A DNA stretch of 64,000 nucleotides from assembly GCA_964016885.1 (NCBI GenBank), contig OZ024746.1:80910001-80974000 (forward strand), written 5' to 3'. The notes under the pieces were generated by a model. That model made no database searches. It saw only the letters and a program-made list of their open reading frames with translations, and was not told the DNA's origin. This DNA comes from Eledone cirrhosa (lineage: Eukaryota). The position numbers and the translations under genes are program-made. Below are positions 53,948-64,000 of this stretch, piece after piece. The first letter of the stretch is position 1. Each line of letters begins with the position of its first letter.

Positions 53948-56037
53948 TAAACATTCCATCAGCATGCCACTGATTGTGTTTCAACTATAAAGTCTTATGT
54001 CCAATGTTTTAACAACTCTGCCAACCCACAGTCTTGAACTGTTTATTTAATTATTCCAGAAGGATAAAAGACAAAGTTGACCGTGGAGAGATTTGAACTC
54101 AGAATGCAGAGAACCGGAATAAATCCACAAAACATTGAATCAGTCACTCTAATAACACAGTTAATTTGAAACCTTTATTTCTGTTCACACACACACACAC
54201 TAATGCACACACATGAATCTGTAGCTGTCTACTGTTAATGAAATTTGTTTGTCACATCTCTTAATTTTAATAAACGTGCTTTCAATACTAATAAAACGAA
54301 GAACTGAATATTTGACACCAACATTAACCATGCATCAAGCGTGAAGACACTGCTTATCCTCTTAGTTAATATAATGTAATAGTAAGAAGAAATATGCAAA
54401 AGAGTTATCTAACCTCAATTTTTTTTCTCAAGTGCAATAGTCGACAAAACTAAATGAAGGGGGAAACATTTTAATATTGTTATCGGAACAACTTCACCTA
54501 TCAAATTAAGTAGCCTATATTTACTATCAATGAAAGGATACATTTAAACTAGCTAAAAAAATATCTGGTCTTGTTTTACAAAAGTAGCAACACTTTGCTT
54601 GACTCTCTGAAATAAATGTAAAGTGGTAGTGCTGGTGCTACAATAAAATGCACTCAGATCATACAGTGAAGTGGTAGTGCTGGTATCATGATAAAATGTA
54701 TCCAGGCTACTCTGTTATGCACAGTGATGGTGCCACAATAAAAAGCACTCACTACATAATGTGAAGGTGTTGGTGTTAGGAAGGGAATCCAGCCATAGAA
54801 ACCATGTTAGAATGGAACATATGAGTGAGATACAGTCACCTGATCTGTCTGGTCTCAGAATTCACACAATCCATTTAACTCGTTTAAGCATGTAAAATAG
54901 CCATTACATAATGGTAATGATGATGGTGATGAGGGTGGCTGTCTTAAAAGATCACAGTTTTTTACATATTTGTATAATTTGATTAAATATATAATAATTT
55001 TCTGTGATTAATACATAAATCACTAAACATATTTGCTATGTAGCAGTGTTGTGAAAATATTCAATGTGATGGGAGGGTTGTATGGTATTACGACATGTAA
55101 CAGGATTTAGCATAAGTGAGTGTGGACTGTGTTGTGAAAAATGCAGGCTTAGTAATTTTCTTAGTGTTGTCAAAGCAGCAAGTGCAAAAAATTAGTTTCG
55201 TAAACTTACCAAATTGTAAGTTGAAATTATTTTATTTTAGGAGAATAGGAACATAAATGGGAGAAGGAGACACACATTGTAGAGCAAGCCTAGGGTGCTA
55301 AATACCCAGGCACCTCTTTTAACTAATGAAAGTAACCCATATGTTATATATTAAAAAATGTAGCCATTTCCTTCTTGTAGACTTAAGGTGCTGTCATTTT
55401 TCTTTGTACAACAGCACTTTGATTATGGAATTTTAGCTTGCAGGAATGGAAGTAAATCTGGTCTTCACTGTACTAAAAATCTTTAACAAATGGCTACAAC
55501 AATGATTAATAAGATATATTACAAATATTTGCTCCAAACAATTTATGGAGTGTTAATTATCTTAGATCCATTGCTTTTGATACCAATCCAGCCAAAAACG
55601 CCTCTCGTTCTATAATACAAAACCACTTACTTTAACCCTTTATAATAGTATATATATAGAGTAATGTAAATACATTACTCTATATATACTATTATATTTT
55701 CATGGTAAAACTACATGGTAAAACTACATGGTAAAACTACATGCACCATCATCCCATCCATTTTCTCATGTCAATATGTGTTGACATCCGAATAAATTTG
55801 TCTCTGTGTTTGGCAGCTAAAACTACATTGCTAATATCTATTAGTCTCCCTCTCCTTTTCTCACACTCACCCTCTCACTCTATGTCACACTCTTACTCCC
55901 CCTCTCTCTCTATATATATATAGAATGTAGATAGAGAAGGAGAAAGAGAAAGAGATCCAAAATGGGGTGGGGTACACAGGATAAAGACAACAGAAAAAAT
56001 AAAGTCTTAGCAGTGCAGGTCTTTGATATATATATAT

Positions 56038-56122
<85 letters not shown>

Positions 56123-56174
56123 TATACATACACACACTCACACATACATACATACATACATATATATATATATA

Positions 56175-56482
56175 TCTTGCTCAAGGAAACAACACATCTC
56201 AGACCGGGTGATGTGTTGTTTCCTTGAGCAAGACACTTTATTTCACATTGCTCCAGTTTCCTCAGCTGTAAAAATGAGATGATAGGGACTGGGGTCCCTA
56301 TCATTCCACTGCAAAGTGGTCGTGGAGGTGCCACGGCAAAGAAACACCCACCACTCACTGTAAATGAGGTTGGTGTTAGGAAGGGCATCCAGCTGTAGAA
56401 ATCAAACCAGAATCTGTTCCCGTCCCACCCTTGCAAGCAGGCAAAAGCGGACGTACAATGAAAATGAATGAATGAAAATGAA
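56175..56482 (+). mobile_element. Same CORE/RTE-tail SINE lacking the head, with a 24 bp 5' fold-back
   Basis: TCTTGCTCAAGGAAACAACACATC (56175-56198) is the perfect inverse of 56210-56233. Confidence 0.88.
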
Positions 56483-57065
56483 TGTATATGTATATATACA
56501 GACTTCAAAGAGAAACAGACATCAATAATATATTATACATTCTGAATCAACATATTCTCAGAATATTTGAACTGCAAATAAAACACAATAAACTCCAATA
56601 CAACAAGTTCTAAATATATCGCCTAAAGTAAAACAGCCATACAACAATGTATCTCACAAGCAATTAACCTGTGTCTACTGAATCAGAACATGGTTCCATT
56701 TTAAAATTTCAATTTATATTATCATAGAAGCTAAATCTAAATAACTTATTGAATGACTGTAATTCTTTGCATGAAGAATTGGACATTCCCTTGTAGTATA
56801 AATTTCATTTGGCACTTTTAGAGTAAATATTCTTGTCAAAGTCTGTCAGAATAATCATTATCTTTTGTTAAGTACTTGTAAAGGAAATGCCATGTAGTTT
56901 AGGCTGTATGAGGATTTATGTATAATTTACCAAAAATGGTGAGTGTGTATGTGTGCGCGTGTGTGTGTGTGTACATGGGCATGTGTGTGCGTGTGCGTGC
57001 ATGTGTGCATGTGCATGTGTGTGTGTGTGTGTGTGTGTGCATATGTGCATGTTTGTGTGTGTTGG

Positions 57066-57386
57066 CCCTCTGTCAGTTTCGACAGAGTGTTTCAGTTGTT
57101 TGATCTATGGAGACAGCCTGCTTGTGAAATTAGCATACAAGTGGCTCAGCATTCCATAGACATGTGTACCCTCAATGTAGTTCTCAGGGAGATTCAGCCT
57201 TGTCACACAGTGTGTGACAAGGCTGGCCCTGTGAATTACAGGTACAACTCATTATATTCCAGCTGAAGGGCCTGAAGCAACATGAAATAAATTGCCTTGC
57301 TCAAAGACACAACTCACCACCAGGAATCTACCAGGAACTCATGATCTTAGGATTGCGAGCTGAACACTCTAACCACTCAGCCACCT
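57066..57386 (-). mobile_element. tRNA/CORE-type SINE, third body type (related: ~24820-25010, 39671-40045, 59975-60160; head-only ~26360-26475, 57570-57700; ~37275-37530 with another body)
   Basis: Head TGGCTGAGTGG, CORE-like TTGAGCAAGGCA, body TGTACCTGTAATTCAC/AAGGGCCAGCCTTGTCACAC shared among copies. Confidence 0.72.
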
Positions 57387-57387
57387 C

Positions 57388-57560
<173 letters not shown>

Positions 57561-57838
57561 CTGAAGTTAGGGCTGAATGAACTGAAGCAACATGAAATAG
57601 ATTACCTTGCTCAAGGATACAACCTACTGCTAGGAATCAAACTCATAACTTTATGATTGTGAATCGAATGCTTTGACCTCTAAACCATGAGCCTTCACAC
57701 CATATACACACACTAACACACTTACACACTCTCTCTCTCCCTCTCTCTCTCTCTCTCATACACTCACGTTTCAGTCAATGAGGAAACCCCTAGAAATAGT
57801 AGTCCAATCCCTTCACAAATCTTAACTTATCATATTAA

Positions 57839-58044
57839 CCCTTTAGCATTTACATTACTCTATTTTTGTGGTAAAGGCTTTATCTTACATATTATCTCAT
57901 GTAATATCGAATCTATGAGATTTTGATATTGTTTATTTTGAGAACAATACCTTAGCATCAGTATGAGTGGCCAGTTATGGCCAGTTTGAACTGAAAGAGG
58001 TGAGAGAGCTCTGGTCGGATATGGCTGGATTAAATGCTAAAGAG
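57839..58044 (-). mobile_element. piggyBac-like MITE family A, inserted in a (CAA)-tailed repeat
   Basis: TTAACCCTTTAGCATTTAC start, TAAATGCTAAAGAG end. Confidence 0.85.
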
Positions 58045-58294
58045 TTTTTAAAAATTATAGATGCATTGAATAATATTGTCCTAAAATATATAGAAAAATA
58101 AGATGGTCATAGATGTAACATCTTTGATACTAAGTCCACTCAATCATGTATGACATGGGGTTAAACTATAACAACAGCTGTTTTTATGTTGTTTTAATTG
58201 TGGTTGAACCCATCAGATTTGGATTGACTGTTAAGCAAAATAAACACATGCTCAGGGTGTCAATGGAAGAGGGACACCATTTTATTCAAATTAA

Positions 58295-58515
58295 CCCTTT
58301 AGTATTTAAACTGGCGGTATCCAGCCAGAATTCTCTCACCTCTTTCTGTTCAAACTGGCTGTAACCAGCTGCTCATACTGATGTTAAGGTATTGTTCTCA
58401 AAATAAATAATATCAAAATCTCATAGGTTCGATATTATGTGAGATAATTATGTAAGATAAAACTTTTATCATGAAACTACAATAGTATGAATAGAGTAAT
58501 GTAAATGCTAAGGTG
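58295..58515 (+). mobile_element. piggyBac-like MITE family A
   Basis: TTAA TSDs, same body; inverted relative to the 57839 copy 250 bp away. Confidence 0.85.
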
Positions 58516-59585
58516 TTAAGTGTATTTGTCATTAAAAAAAAAAATACTTTGCAGACTTTATATATATAATTTTTTTTAAGGCTTAGTGCTTCAAAAGGGC
58601 TTAATCTGGCCCTAGATGCCATTCAAACAGAAAGAATAATACATATGCTGTCTACTGATACACAGAGCCCCAATTCGTGGGGAACTGGCAGGACAAAAGA
58701 CATTTATAGACACTCAACAAATTTCAAGATAAGCAAAACAGATAGACAGAACTGAAAGCTATAAAAAAATTGGCACAAAACAGGCTGTCTTATGCTGAGA
58801 ATCATCATAGTCACCACCAACATCTTTATTACCACCATCACAATCAAACTCACCATCACCACAACAACCATCATCATCATCATCATCTGTTAGTAACATA
58901 CCCTTCAAAAGGAATTTAAATAAAATTATGATAGGAGGTTTTAATTTGAATACGATCACTTTAAATTAGATGTTTTTTGTGTCAAATTGGTCTTCTGGTA
59001 AAAATTAATAAACCATATTTCCTTTTTATCTCTTTATATCTACTATTAAACCGTCTGGAGGGTTTCTACTATTTTATATATATATACACTAAATGCATCT
59101 TATTTTTGATATTTGAAGAAAGAAAAAAATAGCAAATCTCCAAGGTTGTTTTGCAGCTTGTTCACTTAATTCACAGCCATGGAATATATATTGATTAAAT
59201 GTTTTTAGTATTCTTGTTGTGACTATTGAATATCATACATGGAAAAATTGTTACAGAACCAGTAACTTTCTAATATTGTCCACATTATTGTATAATTCCT
59301 TGCTTATTGTTTATTGGTAAATTACTAGAGAGAGAGGGGGGGAGATATCCTTTGTTCATACTGAAAATATATTTTATTCCAATATACTCTTTGATATTAA
59401 AAATAAGTTTGGCTGTACAAATGGAAGGAACTAAACTCAATATATGAGTAGAGTGATATTCAATATATTCTAGGTATAAACAACAGTATGTTTGAAGCTC
59501 TTGAGTGACTGGTGTAGTTTCACATCATCATTATCATCATCACCACCACCATATAGAGGTCTATTCCATTCTTTGTAGATGTAGA

Positions 59586-59877
59586 TAGGGTCGGCACTAC
59601 CATATAGGCAAACTAGGCAGCTGCCTGGGGCACTAATTTCAGGGGGCGCATTTCTCCAAATCAACAATTTTGAAAAATAGATAAATAAATTTCAGTTTTA
59701 TTGAGGGTCAGTTTTTTTATATTGGTTTGTTTCATACAGGGTTAAATAAATGTTGAAAACATTTAAAAAAAAATTTATTGTTTATACATTTTGAAATTAA
59801 TATTTCCTTCCTGTGAAGGAGTGGGTGGGCAGAATGTAACCTAGTCTAGGGTGCCAGATAGTCTGGCAGCAGCCCTG
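59586..59877. mobile_element. hAT-like MITE (MER53-like ends; related end fragments ~41545-41602, 55288-55314)
   Basis: Ends TAGGGTCGGCAC / GGCAGCAGCCCTG; imperfect 8 bp TSD GATGTAGA / GATGCAGG. Confidence 0.6.
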
Positions 59878-60394
59878 GATGCAGGCACAAGGCATCGGTT
59901 CATGTCTTTTCCATAACCTCAGGTTGATCCATGCTTTGTAAGTGAAATTAGGTTGATGGAAATTGTTGGGTGGATTGTACCTGTAATTCAAAGGCCCAGC
60001 TTTGTCCCATACTGTGTCACATTGATTTGGCTTGGGAATTAATATGCTGCAGGTACACGTGTGTCTGTGGAATACACAACCACTTATATGTGAATTCAGG
60101 AATTGGATGTTCAGTTGATTGAACAATAGAATATTCATTGTTGAAACACAACAGAGGATCTATCATCATCTTATGTGTGTTTGTGTGTATGTGTATGTAT
60201 GTATGTGCATATATACATGCATATATATACATGTATATATGTGCATATATACATGTATGAGTGTGTTTGTATGTATGTATACAAAGAGGGAATAAGAGAA
60301 CAGTTGTTTTTTTGTTTTTTTCTGAATATGAGAAAATGCGTCTCTAAAATTGAGTTTCAGTAGAAAGCAAGATTAAAAGAACTGACTGATAGAA

Positions 60395-60655
60395 AGAGAA
60401 AGAGAGAGAGGGGGGAGAAAGACTGAGTAATGAGAGAGAGCGAGAGAGAGAGGAGCAAGAGAAAGACAAAGTAATAAGGGAGAGAGAGGGGGGAGAGAAA
60501 GACTGAGTAATGAGAGAGAGCGAGAGAGAGAGGAGCAAGAGAAAGACAGAATAATGAGAGAGGACGAAAGAGAGAGGGGAAAGAGAAAGACAAAGTAATG
60601 AGGGAGAGAGAGGGGTGAGAGAAAGACTGAATAATGAGAGTGTGAGAGAAAGAGA
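60395..60655. repeat. GA-rich tract with ~80 bp internal duplication
   Basis: GAGAAAGACTGAGTAATGAGAGAGAGCGAGAGAGAGAGGAGCAAGAGAAAGACA occurs at ~60415 and ~60495. Confidence 0.85.
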
Positions 60656-60946
60656 AATTAAATAGTGAGAATGTTAGTGATAAAGAGAGAAAAATAAATT
60701 GTAAAAAAAAAAAAAAAATCTCATAAATGAAAAAGAAATGGTATGTCGGATAATGTAAAAGAGAGAAACAGAGTGGCGGTGGTGGTGGTGGCGGGGAAGT
60801 GAGAAAGAAAGAGTGATTCTAGTGAGGGAATGATAAAAAAATGTTGTTCGTTACAGATGAATTAAGTTTAGTTGTGGTTTTTACGTTTGTTTTTATTACT
60901 TTATTTTATGCTGTTCCTCATTTTATTGCCTTCTCTGTTTCTATAG

Positions 60947-61016
60947 GAGTCTGAGATTAATTGCCAATTGATTTCTAGACCAGAAGGCAAAAATCAGCCA
61001 CCTATATGTCACAATG
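60947..61016 (+). CDS. Candidate 70 bp exon (ESEINCQLISRPEGKNQPPICHN)
   Basis: Strong pyrimidine tract TTGCCTTCTCTGTTTCTATAG, donor G|GTAAAT, open frame; product not recognised. Confidence 0.35.
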
Positions 61017-61067
61017 GTAAATATATCCAATTTCCCACCATGCCATTGCTGACGAGATACCAATGAT

Positions 61068-61634
61068 AATAATAATTGTTTCTACGTTAGGCACAAGGCC
61101 AGAAATTACCCAGTGCATTACTGGTACTTTATTATATCGACCCCGTAAGGATGAAAGGCAAAGTCAACCTCGGCGGGATTTGAACTCAGATCGTAAAGGG
61201 ACGTAACTATGCTGGAAAGCATGGCGTCCGACCCTCTACCGATACTGCCAATAATTGTTTCTACTTTTGGCACAAGGCCAGCAATTACCCCAGTGCTTTA
61301 CTGGTACATTATTATATCGACCCCCGTAAGGATGGAAAGCAAAGTTAACCTCGGCAGATTTGAACTCAGAACATAAAGGGCCATAACTGGTGTCTGATGC
61401 TCTACTGATACTGCCATTGTTTCTACTTTAGGCACAAGGCCTGCAATTTGAAGGAGAGAGGAAAAGTCGATTAAATCGCCCCCAGTACATTACTGGTACA
61501 TTATTTTATCAACCCCGTAAGGATAAAAGGCAAAGCTAACCTTGGTGGGATTTGAACTAAGAATGTAAAGGGCCATAACTAAGCTGCAATGCATGTTGCC
61601 CAACGCTCCACCAATACTGCCAATCCACCACCCT

Positions 61635-61669
<35 letters not shown>

Positions 61670-62032
61670 TGTTTCTACTTTTGGCACAAGGCCAGCAATT
61701 ACCCAGTGCATTACTGGTACTTTATTTTATCGACCCCGTAAGGATGAAAGGCAAAGTTAACCTCGGCGGGATTTGAACTCAGACCATAAAGGGACGTAAC
61801 TCTTTGCTGCAAAGCATGGCGTCCGACCCTCTACCGATACTGCCAGTATAATGATAATAAATGATAATAATTGTTTCTACTTTTGGCACAAGGCCAGCAA
61901 TTACCCAGTGCATTACTGGTACTTTATTTTATCGACCCCGTAAGGATGAAAGGCAAAGTTAACCTTGGCGGGATTTGAACTCAGAATGGCAAAGCATGGC
62001 GTCCGATCCTCTACCGATACTGCCAATCCACG
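61068..62032 (-). mobile_element. Tandem array of 5 Deu/Nin-type SINEs
   Basis: Copies ~61068-61250, 61251-61416, 61417-61635 (long variant), 61637-61845 and 61865-62032, all in the same orientation. Confidence 0.92.
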
Positions 62033-62168
62033 ATAATAATGATATTTAATCTCCATGGCTAGTACAAACATTTGAAAAAGCCAGAAGGAAAAATAAAACA
62101 GCAAACTAAATGGAAGTATGCATGTGTGTCTCTGTGTGCATGCATACATAAATATATATGTATGTGTG

Positions 62169-62208
<40 letters not shown>

Positions 62209-62280
62209 CATCATCATCAATACAAGCATACACACACTCATACACATACACACACATATACATAAATAAATAAACATATA

Positions 62281-62320
<40 letters not shown>

Positions 62321-62662
62321 GTTATCGGTGCGTATATATATATATATATATATATATATCATCATCATCATCATCATCACCGTTTTACGTCCGTTCTTCC
62401 ACGCTAGCATGGGTTAGACGGGTTGTCCTGTTGTGGGCAGTGTCTGGTCGGCTGACCATGCCTTGCTCATACAGGAACTGATCTGGCTTGATTTCTACAG
62501 CTGGATGCCCTTCCTAACACCAACCTCATTTACAGTGAGTGCTGGGTGCTTTTTCGTGGCGCCTACACGTCCACTTTACAGTGTGGGCTGGGTGCTTTTT
62601 TGCCGTGGCACCTCCACGACCACCTTGCGGTGGGGGGGGGGGGGGCATATTGTTTATATGCT

Positions 62663-64000
62663 TCAGCATGTACCCATGGGAGGTCGGGTACCCTGTATTA
62701 CTGCGTGACGCCAGAAGTCACGGTCGTGTGTCATTGACTTTGAGAGGTGTAGTTGGGTAAGGTCGGCTTTTATCACCTCATCCCAAGTCATCTTGGGTCT
62801 CCCCACTCCGCGGTTTCCATCAACTTCTAGTGCTCTGCACCTTTTTATGCAGCTGTCATCCTTCATACGCATCACATGTCCATACCAGCGTAACCGCCTC
62901 TCCTGCACGCAGCATTTGATTCCTCTTATGCTCAGTCTCTCTCTCAATTCATTTATGCTTTGTCGTTCACGTATATTACTGTTACACATCCATCGGAGCA
63001 TGCAGGCTTCGTTTCTCTCTAATCTACGTAAGTCTTCCACCTTCAGCGCCCAGGTCTCACTACCATGCAACATCGCTGTTCGGATACACGCATCATACAG
63101 TCTGCCTTTCATTCTGAGGGAGAAGCCTTTTGCAGCTAGCAGTGGTAGTAGTTCCCTAAACTTCTTCCATCCCGTTCTTACCCTAGTTATTGTACTTTCT
63201 GAGCACCCACCTCCGTTGCTAATTCGGTCACCTAGGTAGCAGAAGCTGTCTACTGTTTCTACAGGGCCCTCCCAGAGATTGGTGGTACTTGTTTCCTGTG
63301 GCTGTTTGCTTGCTGTTTCAGCACAGCTGCTGCATGTGAATCCTACATTCTTAATTAAGCTTCCTGAGATCCCGCTACATCTCTTGTGTACCCATTGTTT
63401 GCATTTGGGGCAAAGAATGGAGTTCCTACCTACACCTTTCCTACATACTGAGCAAGGCCATTTCCCTGAGGGGATCTGGGTTCTGTTTTCTCGTCTACTT
63501 ATAAGGACCTTAGTCTTTGTCATGTTGACTTTGAGGCCCTTTCTCTCTAGTCCCTGCTTCCAGGTTTGGAATTTATTCTCTAGTTCTACCATAGATTCAG
63601 CTATGAGTGCGAGGTCATCAGCATACAGGAGTTCCCATGGGCATCCGGTCTTAAACTCCTCCGTTATTGCCTGCAGGACTATGATGAACAGGAGAGGGCT
63701 AAGAACAGAGCCCTGGTGGACCCCAACCTGTACGCTAAATTCCTCGCTATACTCATTGCCAATCCTAACTTTGCTGACTGCTCCCCTATACATGGCTTGT
63801 ACCGCTTTCACAAGCCATTCATCTACTCCTAGTTTTCTAAGAGCCCACCAGATTACTGCACGTGGAACTCTGTCAAAGGCTTTCTCAAGGTCGACAAATG
63901 CCAAGTAGAGTGGCTTACTTTTAGCTAGGTACTTTTCCTGTAATTGCCTCACAAGGAAGAGCGCATCAGTGGTGCCTTTCCCTGGAACAAACCCAAATTG
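62663..64000 (-). CDS. RTE-clade non-LTR retrotransposon ORF, C-terminal part (reverse transcriptase with inserted PHD finger); runs off the window end
   Basis: Uninterrupted frame with RT motifs QFGFVPGKGTTDA, AFVDLEKAFDRV, GVHQGSVLSPLLF, YADD, YLG and the RTE C-terminal signatures RRLRWYGHVMR, GRPKMTW, DRDFWR; stop at 62663. Confidence 0.97.
   Translation of the reverse strand, partial: QFGFVPGKGTTDALFLVRQLQEKYLAKSKPLYLAFVDLEKAFDRVPRAVIWWALRKLGVDEWLVKAVQAMYRGAVSKVRIGNEYSEEFSVQVGVHQGSVLSPLLFIIVLQAITEEFKTGCPWELLYADDLALIAESMVELENKFQTWKQGLERKGLKVNMTKTKVLISRRENRTQIPSGKWPCSVCRKGVGRNSILCPKCKQWVHKRCSGISGSLIKNVGFTCSSCAETASKQPQETSTTNLWEGPVETVDSFCYLGDRISNGGGCSESTITRVRTGWKKFRELLPLLAAKGFSLRMKGRLYDACIRTAMLHGSETWALKVEDLRRLERNEACMLRWMCNSNIRERQSINELRERLSIRGIKCCVQERRLRWYGHVMRMKDDSCIKRCRALEVDGNRGVGRPKMTWDEVIKADLTQLHLSKSMTHDRDFWRHAVIQGTRPPMGTC
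63323..63454 (-). other. PHD-type zinc finger (C4HC3) coded inside the RT domain
   Basis: CSVC-x10-CPKC-x4-HKRC-x14-CSSC (aa 167-210 of the ORF), between KVNMTKTKVL and SFCYLG. Confidence 0.85.

Larger units (their letters stand above)
62358..64000 (-). mobile_element. RTE LINE 3' portion: ORF, ~300 bp 3' UTR and (GAT)n tail abutting (TA)n
   Basis: After the stop come a C-run, two ~45 bp UTR repeats, the motif GGTTGGTGTTAGGAAGGGCATCCAGCTGTAGAAA, then CGGACGTAAAACGG and (TGA)n at 62358-62379. Confidence 0.95.

Noticed and set aside
55885-56508. 207 aa ORF sharing FYSWMPFLTPTSFTV with ORFs at 30316, 33507 and 62433
   Set aside because: Antisense translation of the shared SINE/LINE 3' UTR, not a protein family.
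61068-62032. Regularly spaced repeats resembling a CRISPR or tRNA array next to an RT gene (retron/DGR-like)
   Set aside because: Units are SINE copies also dispersed across the window with TSDs; the RT is a LINE RT.
62793-63908. Plus-strand ORFs of 148 and 209 aa
   Set aside because: Antisense shadows of the RTE RT frame.

Overview
AT-rich, microsatellite-dense eukaryotic genomic DNA. From the repeat repertoire I infer a coleoid cephalopod, probably Octopus. There are no prokaryotic genes, operons or CRISPR arrays, and nearly all ORF-track entries are microsatellite artefacts. The only clear coding sequence is the 3' part of an intact RTE-clade LINE ORF (minus strand, 62663 to the window end), whose reverse transcriptase carries an inserted C4HC3 PHD finger. 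The rest is intronic or intergenic-like: many tRNA-derived SINEs (a Deu/Nin-domain family with tandem arrays, and CORE-type SINEs, one sharing its 3' tail with the RTE LINE), TTAA-flanked piggyBac-like MITEs, hAT-like MITEs, RTE 3' remnants, mini/microsatellites and a few candidate micro-exons. The most unusual signal is a set of short elements in or next to (TA)n tracts with long fold-back hairpins. Their arms carry the 3' half of a hammerhead ribozyme (GAAAC..GTH), and three complete but decayed hammerhead cores also occur. This fits Penelope-like pLTR remnants that snap back at hammerhead stem II (inference). Coordinates of decayed repeats are approximate.
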